Below are positions 27,171 to 41,059 of a stretch of 64,000 nucleotides of DNA, piece after piece. Under the pieces are notes generated by a model that worked only from the letters and a program-made list of their open reading frames with translations, ran no database searches and was not told the DNA's origin. A program made the position numbers and the translations under genes. The DNA is taken from the NCBI RefSeq assembly GCF_009914755.1, contig NC_060942.1. The stretch is one strand, 5' to 3'. Each line of letters starts with the position of its first letter. Position 1 is the first letter of the stretch. This DNA is from the human T2T-CHM13v2.0 reference genome, Homo sapiens.

Positions 27171-29761
27171 GTTTCATTTCTGAAAAAATAGTTTTTATTT
27201 AAAAAATTATGATAGGAAATGAAGTTAATATAGAGGGTGTAATAGACATACAGCCAATGGATACAATAAAGTTCAGCTTCTTAACCACGAATAATGATTG
27301 CACTGATTAAATCACCACACAGTGTCTAACTAGGGTGCTGGTTTTAACTTTTCACAGCAGAAACATACTCTTTTAATTAAGTGAAGGGTTTTTTTAAATA
27401 TTAAAGATATATACTGGTTTATCCTAGCTTTATTAATGAAATATCTCAAAGTGGAACAAAATATCTGCCTGAGAAAAGCAAAATCCTATATCCAAAATTC
27501 CTTGAGTAGCCATGGTTTCCTACACGGTCTTTTTGGTGATAATTATGGGGAAAACAAGAACATAAAGTTGATAATTAAGTAAAATTAATAAGAACTAAGT
27601 AAAAATTAGGCAAATTAAGTAAAAATTAGTAAACATTACTAAACAACAACATGAAGGTTACAAGTAAAATTAGTAAAAAAAGGATTGCACCATGTTTTAG
27701 AAAATGATACAAAATCATGCAATCTAGTGATAAATTTAATTCTGATATTTTACTTAGGATCATTGAGCAGTGAACTCTGTAAGCCACATGCTTACATAAA
27801 TCAGAATAGCTGAGTAGATCAGTTGTTTAACATATCAAATATATGTGACCTTCTTTTAAAAACTGAAGAACCTAGAAGGCAATTCTTTCAGGTTACCTTT
27901 CAGGTGAATTTGCAAGATTAACTGCCAGTAATTCAGAGTCTGCTTCTCTTATCATATATTGCCTAGTTCTTTCCATTGTGGAGCATTTCTAAGCTTTTTA
28001 CTTTTAACTTAACCTTTAAAATCTTGGTTTGGCACAAAATGTATGATTTTATTATTTGATTATATTTTGAATTTAAAAATACTGTTCATAATCCCAGAAA
28101 TTATAATTCTCTTAATTGTAGCAGATTTAATGTTGACAAAATTATAATACCAAGAATAGATTTTTTAATTAAATAAATATAGTTTCAGAAGGATAAAATA
28201 CACATTTAAAAACATAAATGAATGTAAGATGAATTACATTAAGTTATATTTATAAATGGCATATCAGAATTCATGGGTTTATTTAATACCTTCAACAAAT
28301 CTTGAGTATGTCTCATTTTCTCTTTGTTTTTGTTATAGGACCAGTGTTTACAATACTTTGAATTTTATTTGAGATATATTTGAAATTTTAAGTATACATT
28401 AGGAATAACTGATGGCAGGATATGTGCAAAAGTAAATTGGAATTTGTTTTTCCTTTTGTTATTTTTAGGAGTTTTTATAAAATGTGATACTGGTGACAGT
28501 GAGCAAGCCTAACATTTATTTTCGAGTCTGATATTGAGATATCAGCCATGCCTCATTGGTTCTTATTTTTCCAGCACTCGCTAAGTATCTAATACAATGT
28601 GACTGTTTCTTGAATGAATAGATGAATGAATAAATGAATGCGATCCAATGCTAGAACCGCAAGGATTATTGTATGGACATTTAAAATAAGTTTCGACTGC
28701 TTTATTTTCATGTTAAAATAATACGGGCATTCCCTGAATTACGTGAGTAGAGGCTAAAGTATAAAATGGAGTAAATTTTATTGTTAAAGATATTTTATCA
28801 CATTTAATTTCTCCTTAATATCTTTGAACATTTATGACCACTTTCTAGAAGTGGCTTCTTTAATATAAATTGTCTGTAGTTTGATGTGGTCACACTCCCC
28901 TTATTACTTGTGGTAGAAAATGAGAACATTTAGTTTAACTTTTAAAGAAGATTTAGGATGAGATTTATTGAGCATTTAGTTGAAATGCTGAAGGAAAAGA
29001 CAAGACTGGAGAACTCACTGTCAAATAAATACTTTGGCCTGAAGGTGACTCACCTCACTTCTCACAACCCATTGGCTGGAACAAAATGCATGTTTCATAT
29101 GAACCACAAGGTGATTATGATCCTCCTGTAAGTTTAGAGATGTTGAGAAATTGCTGTGGGAGGTCTGAGATACAAGATGAGACAGAACGTGAAAAAGATG
29201 AAACTTATGCCAAAAATTATTTTTGATAAATGCCTAACATGAATTAAAATATATCAGTTGAACAAATTAAAATGGCTAGATTTCCAATTTTTTTCTCTCT
29301 TGCTATGAATGGTAAAAATATTATGCCTTTATTGATGTCATTGTGCCTTTGTTGTTATGAGATTTTTTTAATTGGCTAAAAATGATCATCAAATTAATAT
29401 TTTTAAGTTAAGATTTTTCAAATGTATTTTAAACTTAGAAGAATCGTAAACCCATTTGAGATTAAAATACATATTTGAAGAAAACAATAAATGTTTTCAA
29501 TGCATTCTCAACACAAGATCTCAACTAATGATTAAACAATAATAGTAGCAATAGGAAGACAGACTCTTTCAAAATGGATATATCGGAAAGAAATACTATG
29601 TGCTATGACCAAAGAGAAATGCTATATGCTATGACCAAAGGGTCTCCATGATGCTGTGCAAGGAAAACAAAAAAAAATCATAAAATTACTGAGTTCAGAA
29701 TATCTGTATTCTTTTTTTTCTGACAAATGTGGATAATTTTTACCCTTCTTGGCTTGCAGTG

Positions 29762-30980
29762 TTTTTTTTTTTTTTTAATACTGTAAGTTCTGGGTTACAT
29801 GTGCAGAACGTGCTGTTTTGTTACATAGGTATACACATGCCATGATGGTTTGCTGCACCCATCAACCCATCATCTACATTAGGTAATTCTCCTAATGTTA
29901 TCCCTGCACTACCCCCCAACCCTGCAACAGGTCCCCATGTGTGATGTTTGTTCTCCTCCCTGTGTCCATGTGTTCTCATTGTTCAACTCCCACTTATGAG
30001 TGAGAACATGCGGTGTTTAGTTTTCTGTTCCTGTGTTAGTTTGCTGAGAATGATGGTTTCCAGCTTCATCCATGTCCCTGCAAAGGACATGAACTCATCC
30101 TTTTTTATGGCTGCATAGTATCCATGGTGTATATATGCCACATTTTTATCCAGTCTGTCATTGATGAGCATTTGGGTTGGTTCCAAGTCTTTGCTATTGT
30201 GAATAGTGCCACAATAAACATACATGTGCATGTGTCTTTATTGTAGAATGATGTATAATCCTTTGGGTATATGCCCAGTAATGGGATTGCTGGGTCAAAT
30301 GCTATTTCTAGTTCTAGATCCTTGAGGAATTGCCACACTGTCTTCCACAATGGTTGAACTGATTTGCACTCCCTCCAACAATGTGAAAGCATTCTTATTT
30401 TTCCACAACCTCTCCAGCATCTGTTGTTTTCTGACTTTTTAATGATCCCCATTCTAACTGGCTTGAGTTCTGGCCAGGGCAATCAGGCAAGAGAAAGCAA
30501 TAAAGGGCATTGAAATAGGAAGAGAGGAAGTTAAATTGTATCTGTTTGCAGATGACATGATTGTATATTTAGAAAGCCCAATCGTCTCAGCCCGAAATCC
30601 CCTTAAGCTGATAAGCAACATCAGCAAAGTCTCAGGATACAAAATCAATGTGCAAAAATCACAAGCATTCCTATACACCAATAACAGACAAACAGCCAAA
30701 TCATGAGTGAACTCTCATTCACATTTACTACTAAGAGAATAAAATACCTAGGAATACAACTTACAAGGGATGTGAAGGACCTCTTCAACGAGAACTACAA
30801 ACCACTGCTCAAGGAAATAAGAGAGGACACAAACAAATGGAAAAGCATTTCATACTCATGGATAGGAAGAATCAATATCATGAAAATGGCCTTACTGCCC
30901 AAAGTAATTTATAGATTCAATGCTATCCCCATCAAGCTACCACTGACTTTCTTCACAGAATTGGAAAAAACTACATTTTA
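29762..30980 (-). mobile_element. 5'-inverted, truncated L1PA (about L1PA6-8)
   Basis: Poly-T, 3' UTR and ORF2 end lie on the - strand (29762-~30467; NRCWRGCG...PAIPLLGIYPKD). These join a + strand ORF2 piece (~30466-30980; [14 protein letters not shown]...ELEKTT). No TSD seen. Confidence 0.92.
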
Positions 30981-31248
30981 AAACACTTATTTTTTTCACC
31001 TTCACTGAAATATAATTCATAGGTAATAAACCGATCTTATTTGAAGTGTACTATTTCATGAGTTTTACTGAGTGTATATCCTTGTATCGACCAACTTAGT
31101 GAAGACACAGGGCATTTCCTTCTCCTTTTTAAAAATTTTGGCTTTTATTTTACATAAAGGGGAATATAAGCAGGTTTGTTACATGGGTGTATCGCACCCA
31201 GGTAGTGATCATAGTGCCAAAAAGGTAGTTTTAAGATATTCTATAGCC

Positions 31249-31557
<309 letters not shown>

Positions 31558-31811
31558 AAGATATTCCATAGCCACTTTTTGTTTTTGTGTTTGGTCCATG
31601 TTCTATTTTGGGTAATTGTTTTTATAAAATGTGCACTAGTAGTAGGAAAATTATGGGAAAAAATAGAGTATATTAAACAGAAACAAAACACAATGTATTT
31701 ACATGAACATGAAAAATAAAAAGTAAATTCTCAGACAAGAATATGTTTACATATAAAATCAAGGCAAAAATAATAATAGTAAATTCAAGCAGTTAAAAAG
31801 TAGCTGGGCTA

Positions 31812-32228
31812 ATAAGTTTAGGATAGCTGATGTTTTCAGAACAAACAACTCCAAAATATCAAGAACTTAAAATAATTTTTAAAAATGCATTCACACAACA
31901 TGTCTGATGTGGACGACCATGGGGACTGGTCTCATTGCTGTTACTCCAATATCCAGGCTAGCAAAGCTCTGCTGTCTGAGGATGCTAGCATCTGAAAAGC
32001 AGATGTAACAGTGTACCACTGTAGCAAACGGGACTTGCAAGTTAATACATTGGCTGTTAATCCTTTGCCACCTGGATGTGGCAAAGCATAATTTTAATCA
32101 CATTTCACTAGCTAAGGCAAGCCATGTGGTCATACCTGTCTCCAAGGTTGAAGGAAAATATAACTCTCCAAGTGACACAAGGAAAGGAGAACTAGAATGT
32201 TCTCTAAGCATAAATAATATTGACCACA
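31812..32228 (-). mobile_element. Old MLT1J/K-like MaLR LTR remnant
   Basis: Motifs AACAAACAACTCCAAAATATCA and CACATTTCACTAGCTAAGGCAAGCCATGTGG. Heavily diverged. Confidence 0.55.
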
Positions 32229-33458
32229 GACGCCCTAAAAGAGTTCTCAGTATTTCATCTAATGGAGATCTTTATGGATGTAAACAATTGTCAAAAATGT
32301 ACAATCACCAGTGCCTTTCTATACCCTATAAAAGATACATTGTAAGAACACTGAAATAATTAAAGCCAATACAAAAAAGAGATTTAAAATTCTCTATTTA
32401 TGAAATCCAAGAAACTTGAGGTTATATTTCTGGGAAATCTTTATTTTGTTAGTTTATACTTGAACTGTTCATTCTAATTATTAATACAAGAAAGAAAATA
32501 AACCATGAAAATCATACATGCAGATCAGGTATTTTGCAAGAGAATAGCACTAGTGATGTTTATTTATTTCATTTCATATATTGGTCATTTAGAATAACTA
32601 CTTATGTTTTCTTTGTTTTTTTTTTAATTTTTTCAAGTGAAACAAACAAAACATCACATGTTTGGTAGTACAATTAAAATCCAAACATGAATAAATAAGA
32701 AAACCATTGTTCAGTTAAACATTGTAAAATTAAATAATTAGTATCTAAATAATCTACTGAAACCCTCAGGACATATGGTAGTGTTTGCCAATAAAGCTGA
32801 CTGCATTTGATATTTTTTTTAGTCAAATAAATTATAGCTACATTAGTAACCTTGGAAATATCTGCTCCTATTTAAATGCTGAAAGAATAGGGTATTTGGC
32901 CAGAATAAGTAATGCATTTTGGGAGAAAGAATTTGTATATTTTACTTTCTTGTAAGGTAGAGTAAGAATTTTTTGTTGGTTGATTTTTCTTTCTTTTATT
33001 AAAAAATATTCTTGTAAAAAAATCTCTTAACCATTCACTTTTATGTGATTTAAATAATCAATTCTAGGAAAACAGCTAAATTCTAGTCCAGAATCCTTTT
33101 GGCAGCACACATACAAAGCTCAAAGTAACACATTATTTACATGAAATCAACTATTGTTAAGTTGGGGACCAAGTATTTTCTGAGTACCCTGTTATAATGT
33201 CTGCTGAGCCCTGGAGTTGCAAAGATAAATAAGTCACACTGTTTCTGCCATCAAGGAACCTGCATATAATGTATATAAAGTGGTAAGAAAGAGAGAGAAA
33301 CTAACACATAATTCTAACTTACTGTCATAAGCCTGAAGAGTTATCCAGAATGGTCTTGGGACATTTTACTCTGAGGTATCACTTTCTCATTTATAAGAGG
33401 TGATATACAATCATTACAATCATGCCTTCCTCTATTTACCAACTTTGAGAAAACTGAT

Positions 33459-33995
<537 letters not shown>

Positions 33996-34344
33996 TAGAA
34001 TAATGAGTCTTATAATAGCAAATGTTAATCATGTAGAGAAAGCAACCACTAATGAAGATGGATCATGTCTGACCAATTTGTTTTATGAAAACATATTTTT
34101 ACATGTATTTAGTTATTTAATGTAAAAAACTAATAATAGATTAAAACTACAATTTACTCGCTCTAGTCGTTAAGTCACTTGAGAAAACAGAAGTATGGAA
34201 TGAATGAATTACAAATAAAAAAAGTGCAGACAGCTTGAATTTTGAATCTTGCTGATAGTTATCTGAAAATATTAAAGACAGCTGAACATAATGTTTATAT
34301 AGAGTTGTTTTTAAAGGTGAGTTTAATTCATTCCCTGAGTTCAT

Positions 34345-34505
34345 TCTGAGTCCAGGGTTATTCTAGTTGCATAGCTTTGAGTAAACTGTTTAGCCTCTCC
34401 CATCCCAAACTCTATCTTTAGAATATGGTAATAATAATAATAATTACTAGGTAGGGCAGTTCTAAGAATGGAACAAAATCACGTATCTAAAGTGTTTGAA
34501 CTATT
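34345..34505 (+). mobile_element. MIR fragment
   Basis: Degenerate MIR core: CTTTGAGTAAACTGTTTAGCCTCTC...TCTTTAGAATATGGTAATAATAA...GTATCTAAAGTG. Confidence 0.55.
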
Positions 34506-34680
34506 GACCAATTCATTGAAATATCTCAATACAACTGAACTGTTAATAACAATGATTACAAGGAGAGACTAATCACATCTCATGGAGATGAAAGCGGGCT
34601 TGCACAAACTCAGCCAACCAATAAGATCAATAAAGCCAGAAATCACTTTACGATTTTGATATGATTATCTCACTTTTTGA

Positions 34681-35018
<338 letters not shown>

Positions 35019-35194
35019 CCAAAAGGATCTTTCAAAACAGGATTTGCTAATATTTATTTATTAAGGACCAAATTCTAAGATTAAACATTGCCTCACCTCA
35101 GATCAAGCTTCCTGAACTAATCTAAAATAATCTCAGAGAATGGAAGTCCTTGAAAGCATTTTATTGTTTACAATGGCAACAAAACTGATGGGCA

Positions 35195-35318
35195 TCTCCC
35201 TCCCTCCTTTCCTTCCTTCCTTCCTCCCTCCCTCCCTCCCTCTCTCCCTCCTTCCCTCCCTCCCTCTCCCCTTCTTTCTTCCTTTCTCTCTCTCTCTCTC
35301 GTTCTTTTTCTTTCTTTT
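35195..35318. repeat. Polypyrimidine tract of mixed (TCCC)n/(TTCC)n/(TC)n
   Basis: About 120 nt, almost entirely C/T on the + strand. Confidence 0.9.
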
Positions 35319-37299
35319 TATAATTAAGTCTAGAGCTGGCCCATCTCAATCATCAATGCAACATACAAACTTTCTGTTTAAGAGTATCTGTGTGTATATA
35401 TGTGTGTGGGGTTTCTTCCGGAATAATGCTTCATAATTTCCAGTGATACATTTTCTGAAACCTTTCTCTAAAAATATCTTACTTTTAAATATTTGAATAT
35501 CTTTAATGACAGTGATCCCTCTTAAGCCATTAAAATGGTTCTTAAATATGCCTTATACCCTTACATTATAATAATTGTGAGTTAAGGGCAAACTTCACAG
35601 GTTAAAGTTTAGCCCTGCATCTTATGAATTAACATAAATTATCAAAATTCATGAACCTTTGCTGCAAATTATATTAGTTCCTTTTGAAATTGACAGAATC
35701 AATTTTTGATATTTTTCTATATTAATCATTTACTTAATATACACAAATAATTAGAATGAAGCTTAAAACTCTACATAAATCCCATAGGCAGAAATTAATA
35801 ATCAAGGAAATCAGGGCAAGAAAGACTATTGATAATTAGGCAATAAATCAAAGATAACATTAACAGAACAATACAAACAATATGAACACGTGATAATAGA
35901 AGAAGCCAATGTTTGCCTCTAAGATTTCTGAGTGGCCAGATCAAAGAAAGGAATGTAATGCTTTCCAACGGTTATTGTTTCCATAAGATAAAAAGACAAC
36001 AGATAATCCATTCTTGAGATTTAAGGATGGACATGATGCAGGATATGATCTTCTTTAAGAACCAAGTTTTCTCTTTTTATTGTTATTTTAAATTTGATCA
36101 TTTGCTACAATTTATAAAAAGTGAATAAAGTGATTTAAAATTTGTAATAGTTCTAGGAAAAATTCATACAATTATAAAGGCTGTGGTTCTTTTAAAATAC
36201 ATTTTTAGGTAAAAGACGCTAAGTATAAACTAATAAAGTTAATCGGAATTGATACAAATAAAAACTTTTAAGTTTTTTTAAATAATGTAGCAGGAAGATG
36301 TAAAACAGACTTTTATGCCTTACTAACATAAATGGCAAATCATACTAACAAAAGTATACATTATAATTCTTCATGGTGTATATAAGACACTGTGTATCTT
36401 AATATGTTTACTACTTCTAAATAATTTGCCCCCAAATTACTGCTTCTTTATTTAAAATAAGAAAATAAATATTTTTGAAAGGTTATTTAAATAGTGTATC
36501 ATTGGCTGTGTATGTGTTTAACTCCTAGTTTACATAGTCTGGTACTGTTTTCTCAGTTATTAATTAATAATGTTCCAGGTATATGTAGTTGTTATAATTT
36601 GTAAGATGCTTTCTTTTATATTGCCTAATTGTTTATAACGTGATTGCGTATATGTTAACATATGAATTCCTCTAATTGCAGTGTAGACATCCTATGGTCA
36701 AGAATCACATCTTATAGAGTCTTCGATGGGCGAGTATATTTGTAGGCACCCACCCATTCTCATGACATTATATTTTGTGGTCTAGTTCATGGGACAATAA
36801 TCAGTGAAAATTACTGGACATTTTCCGAGATAATTTATGGCCATCTTCTGTATGTATTTACAGATCATATTATCAATACATTCTGCTGACTTTTGCTAAC
36901 ATTAGGCAAATGAGAGTTGTTTTCTCTACAAAGAAAGATCCTTTTCTGCCTCCCAACTTTTCAGACTTCTCAACTGTGATGGCACAGAAAACTTCCGATG
37001 AAAGACTAAGCTGGATTTGAAAACAACTGTGGCATGCTGGCTGAGGCTGTGACTCAAGTCATCTTAAACTTAATATTTTATTATCATGAACATAATCTGG
37101 AGCCGAAGAAACAATCTCCCCTGTCTGAGTATTTGAATAACTGCAGACACGGGTACCAGCCAACAACTTAATTATGGATTTAAAAAATTGGCATTAATCT
37201 TTTCTTTCCTGTATATATTCACTTGTAATGCCACAAGTCACAGTAAATTGCTCATTAAACTTCAAGCAATGCTATGTAATGCTTGCTACCATTTATAGG

Positions 37300-37500
37300 C
37301 AATGCTCTCCAAAGAACAATTAGAGGGAGTATTGTGACACAGAACAATGGAGACAATTATTTCTGAAGTTTATTAATGCTAATTAGCATATGGCATCTAA
37401 GACAGCTGCTGATACTTCATTGCTAAATACTGAGGGACTAATTAGTGCTTGATGTTAATTAGCTTCTTCTCATGCGCATTGTCCTTAGATGCATGTGCAC
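37300..37500. promoter_or_regulatory. Candidate developmental enhancer (SOX, POU and homeodomain motif cluster)
   Basis: AACAAT at 37315 and 37343, ACAAT at 37353, palindromes ATGCTAATTAGCAT (37376-37389) and ACTAATTAGT (37437-37446), CAGCTG at 37403 and ATGCGCATTGTC at 37472. Lies in a stretch with no recognised repeats. Function is inferred. Confidence 0.4.
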
Positions 37501-39002
37501 TGTCACCATCGGGCTATTAAAAATCGGGCCCTGTGCTCTGCAAGAACGTGAGGTGGCATTTAGGAGTTCGTTCAGAGTGTATGGCATTCTTTCCTAATAC
37601 ATACACCCTTAATAGATTCCATAGGAGCTTTAATAATCCACTCTTTGTTTAAAACCTTCTAGTAAATTATGATTTTTTTCAATGCTGAAGAGAACTGTTT
37701 ACTGTATCTTGTAATTTTTCATGTCCTGTCACTCACAAGTGAATTCAAATGCTACAGATCACTGGCATAAAAATATTTTGGTTATAATTTATTTAATAAT
37801 CGAACTGATTTTGGCTTTGCCTCTCACTTTATATTTAATCTTTTATTTATGATTAAAATACATTATTAAGCCAATAGGTCAAATATGCACACTTTCCCCA
37901 TTAGCTGATTTAATAACATTTTTAGTTTCTGGGTTTTTTTCTTCAGTGACAGCCAAATACAGATTTTTTTCTTTTAAAACCTGAACTAAGAATTTACCCA
38001 TTAAAAACTCATCTTTTGAAGACAATGTGTAGGTTAAGCCGGTGATCTAGGAAGTGTTTTCATGTCAGTCTTAAAAACTTTTCAATGACACTCTTTGTTT
38101 ACTTGCTTTTCTTCTGGTTTTGGTGGGTGGGTGACTCACATGATCAATTTGTTCACCAAATTTCTCTAACAGTCAGATAACTTGTACACATGTTGGACAT
38201 TTTTTTCAGGCATAAACTTCCCTGTGATTAGTAAGTGAACTTAAAAGTTCAGTATACAACATGAAGCTCTGTAAAGGGTGACCACAAATATGTAGTAGTC
38301 TGATATTCTAAAGATAATCTCTGGTTTAATTACACACAGTGTTTTTATGGTACTATATGTATACATTTTGAATGATTATTAACAATACTTAGAGTTAATA
38401 ATAATTGTCCAAACATTTTTGCTCATAATTTTATAGCCTTGAAGTATTTTGGCACTTATGCAATTTGTATGAGAGCATGCCATTCAAAATAAAGGAATGA
38501 AACAAAGGTACCCACAATGGAGATTGTAGAATCACCTGCCAAAGAAACTGCAAAAAATAAGTATCTAATAGGCCAGAAAACATGCAAAAAGAGGGACAAT
38601 AAAATAACAAATAATGAGGAAAAATAAATTTTAAATACACTTCATCCATATTTTAAAATGCCCATTACAGCTTTCTAGATTGTAAAAACAAACAAAATGA
38701 AGTAGAAACCAAAATTTTATTTAAATGAGTTCCAAAATTGAGATGACTAAATCTCATTTAATTCCAGCGTGTAGGGATTTCCCCGAGAGACAGGTTCAGT
38801 GTGTAGAAGAAATGAATGCCGTCTGATTTCTCATTAGGATTTTTGGACTTAGGAAAATAAGGAATATGCCCATAAAAGAAGCTGTCTTTTTATTCTTTTT
38901 CTTCCTCCTCCACTTCCAGCTTTTCTTCATTATCATCTCATTTTTTACGTTCCTTCCAGCAGGTGAAGAAAAGTTTTCAAACAAGTGAGACTTCGGGAGC
39001 TA

Positions 39003-39742
39003 TAATATGGTTTAGATTTGTGTCCTGACCCAAATCTCATGTTGAATTGTAATTCCCAGTGTTGGAGGAGGGGCTTGGTGGGAGGTGAGGTGATTGGATC
39101 ATGGGCCTGGATTTACCCCCTCGCTGTTCTTGTAATAGTGGGTGAGATCGCACAAGATCTGATTGCTTACAAGTGTGGAGCACCTCCCGCTGAAGATCTG
39201 ATTGCTTACAAATGTGGAGCACCTCCCACTGAAGATCTAATTGCTTACAAATGTGGAGCACCTCCCACTGAAGATCTAATTGCTTACAAATGTGGAGCAC
39301 CTCCCACTGAAGATCTGATTGCTTACAAGTGTGGAGCACCTCCCGCTGAAGATCTAATTGCTTACAAATGTGGAGCACCTCCCACTGAAGATCTAATTGC
39401 TTACAAATGTGGAGCACCTCCCACTGAAGATCTGATTGCTTACAAGTGTGGAGCACCTCCCGCTGAAGATCTAATTGCTTACAAGTGTAGAGCACCTCCT
39501 GCTGAAGATCTGATTGCTTACAAGTGTGGAGCACCTCCCCCTGCTCCCTCTTCCTCCTGCTCCAGCCATACAAGACACGCCTGCTTCCCCTTCACCTTCT
39601 GACTTGATTGTAAGTTTCCTGAGGCCTCCCCAGCTATGCTTCTTGTACAGCCTATGGAACTGTGAGTCTACTAAAGCTCTTTTCATTATAAATTACCTGT
39701 TCTTAGGCATTTCTTTTTTGCAATGTGAGAACTGTCTGATAT
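39003..39742 (+). mobile_element. MSTA-like MaLR solo LTR expanded by an internal minisatellite
   Basis: TAATATGGTTTAGATTTGTGTCC...CCAAATCTCATGTTGAATTGTAAT...GATTGTAAGTTTCCTGAGGCCTCCCCAG...TATAAATTACC. Confidence 0.9.
39154..39543. repeat. Minisatellite, 10 x 39 bp
   Basis: Unit AAGATCTRATTGCTTACAARTGTGGAGCACCTCCCRCTG starts at 39154, 39193, 39232, 39271, 39310, 39349, 39388, 39427, 39466 and 39505. Confidence 0.98.
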
Positions 39743-40384
39743 GAGGTGAAACGTGAAAAATATGTAACTTAAAAAATCACTTTTTAAGAACTCTGAATGT
39801 TGGAATATCAAATGCACAGGTAAACAACGTGGTATAATGAAGCCCAAACTTGACTCTAGTCTATTTGTGGTACTGGGCCTCAAAGTCTCAGATTCCTTAT
39901 CTGGAAAATTAGAATTTTTATGCTCACACAACCAGTAAGTAAGAGTGCGTTCTCTGACTGCCTTGCATTGAGGGGCTCTTGTTTCGAGGGGCTCTGTGGC
40001 CTTAGGAAATTATTTAATAGCTCCATGTCTCCACGTTTCCACCAGTGAAACTGGAGTGACAATTTTGCTGGCCTGTCTTGTACCAAAGACTCTAGAAAAC
40101 AAAAGCTAGGGAAGGATTAAGCGACAAATACTTCAGTTTAGACATGCATAGTAATCATTTACCTATAACTCTGGGACCATCTTTCACTATATTGAGGGTT
40201 TTATTCTTCTCAAAATTCTTGTAAGTCAGTGACCCCAAAGCTGAATTTTAGAAAAGACATTGTACTGACGTTTTTTAATAGTCTCAGGACTATTAAATTA
40301 GCTTCATTAGCCTTAAATTTGCCTTATTACACTGTGTATCATTTGGGGTGGAGAATAGCAAATGTTATCTTAAGATATTCTGCC

Positions 40385-40924
40385 TGTGAGAACCTATAAA
40401 AAACAAACTCCACTGTAGTTCGTATTCAGATATAAAGAGAGAAAATAACTATACCTGACCCAATTGGCTGACTTTTGAATAATTCACAGATAAATCATTT
40501 TGCTTTAGAATACCTTCCATTGTAAATTATCCGTCCCTTTGAGATGGAAATCATCTCCCAGGCTCCTGTGAGTTTTACAGCCCAGGAATGTCTTTCTCAA
40601 GTTCCTGGGAACCATTCCTTTGAAATGCAATCAGCAAGAAAGATAATGTTCCTTTCTCCCAGGTTCTGTGGGAGGGTAGGAGCCTAACTCACCAATTATC
40701 ACCAACTACCAAACACAGGTGGTCTAATTACATTTACCTACCTTCTCTATCCACCCCCTTAGTCTCTTCCAGTATTTTTTCGTAGCTCATTCTTGTTCTT
40801 GAAAGTTTTCCTGTCTTTTGATTCAATGAAATTAAGTTCAATCTGTCTACCTTACATCATCAGCCTTCTTGAGTAAAGTCTTCCTTGCCTGTTTAACTCT
40901 GTCCATTGTAATTTTTCTTTGACA
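40385..40924 (+). mobile_element. ERV1 solo LTR, MER31/MER67-like
   Basis: TG...CA termini. Motifs CCCAGGAATGTCTTTCTCAAG...CCTTTGAAATGCAATCA and TAAAGTCTTCCTTGCCTGTTTAACT...TTTCTTTGACA. Confidence 0.6.
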
Positions 40925-41059
40925 CCTTTAACACCCTTATAGTAATCTTGAAATGTTGATGAAAGTATTGTTGGAAACATCTATATTTTGTCTTTCAAAA
41001 TTTTTTATTAATATTTCAAAAATGTATAAATATGCCTATACATTAAATATTTTCAGCTT

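Noticed and set aside
28310-28510. Possible splice acceptors (pyrimidine tract + AG; similar ones near 33888 and 57448)
   Set aside because: There is no convincing paired donor or coding frame, and such motifs are frequent by chance in T-rich DNA. lncRNA exons cannot be excluded without transcript data.
29587-29641. 26-bp tandem duplication (also a 15-bp one at ~5667-5708 and a degenerate one at ~27570-27680)
   Set aside because: These are ordinary slippage duplications with no further structure.
39154-39543. CRISPR-like array of ~39-bp repeats
   Set aside because: Units are head-to-tail with no unique spacers, there are no cas genes, and the context is a primate LTR. It is a minisatellite.
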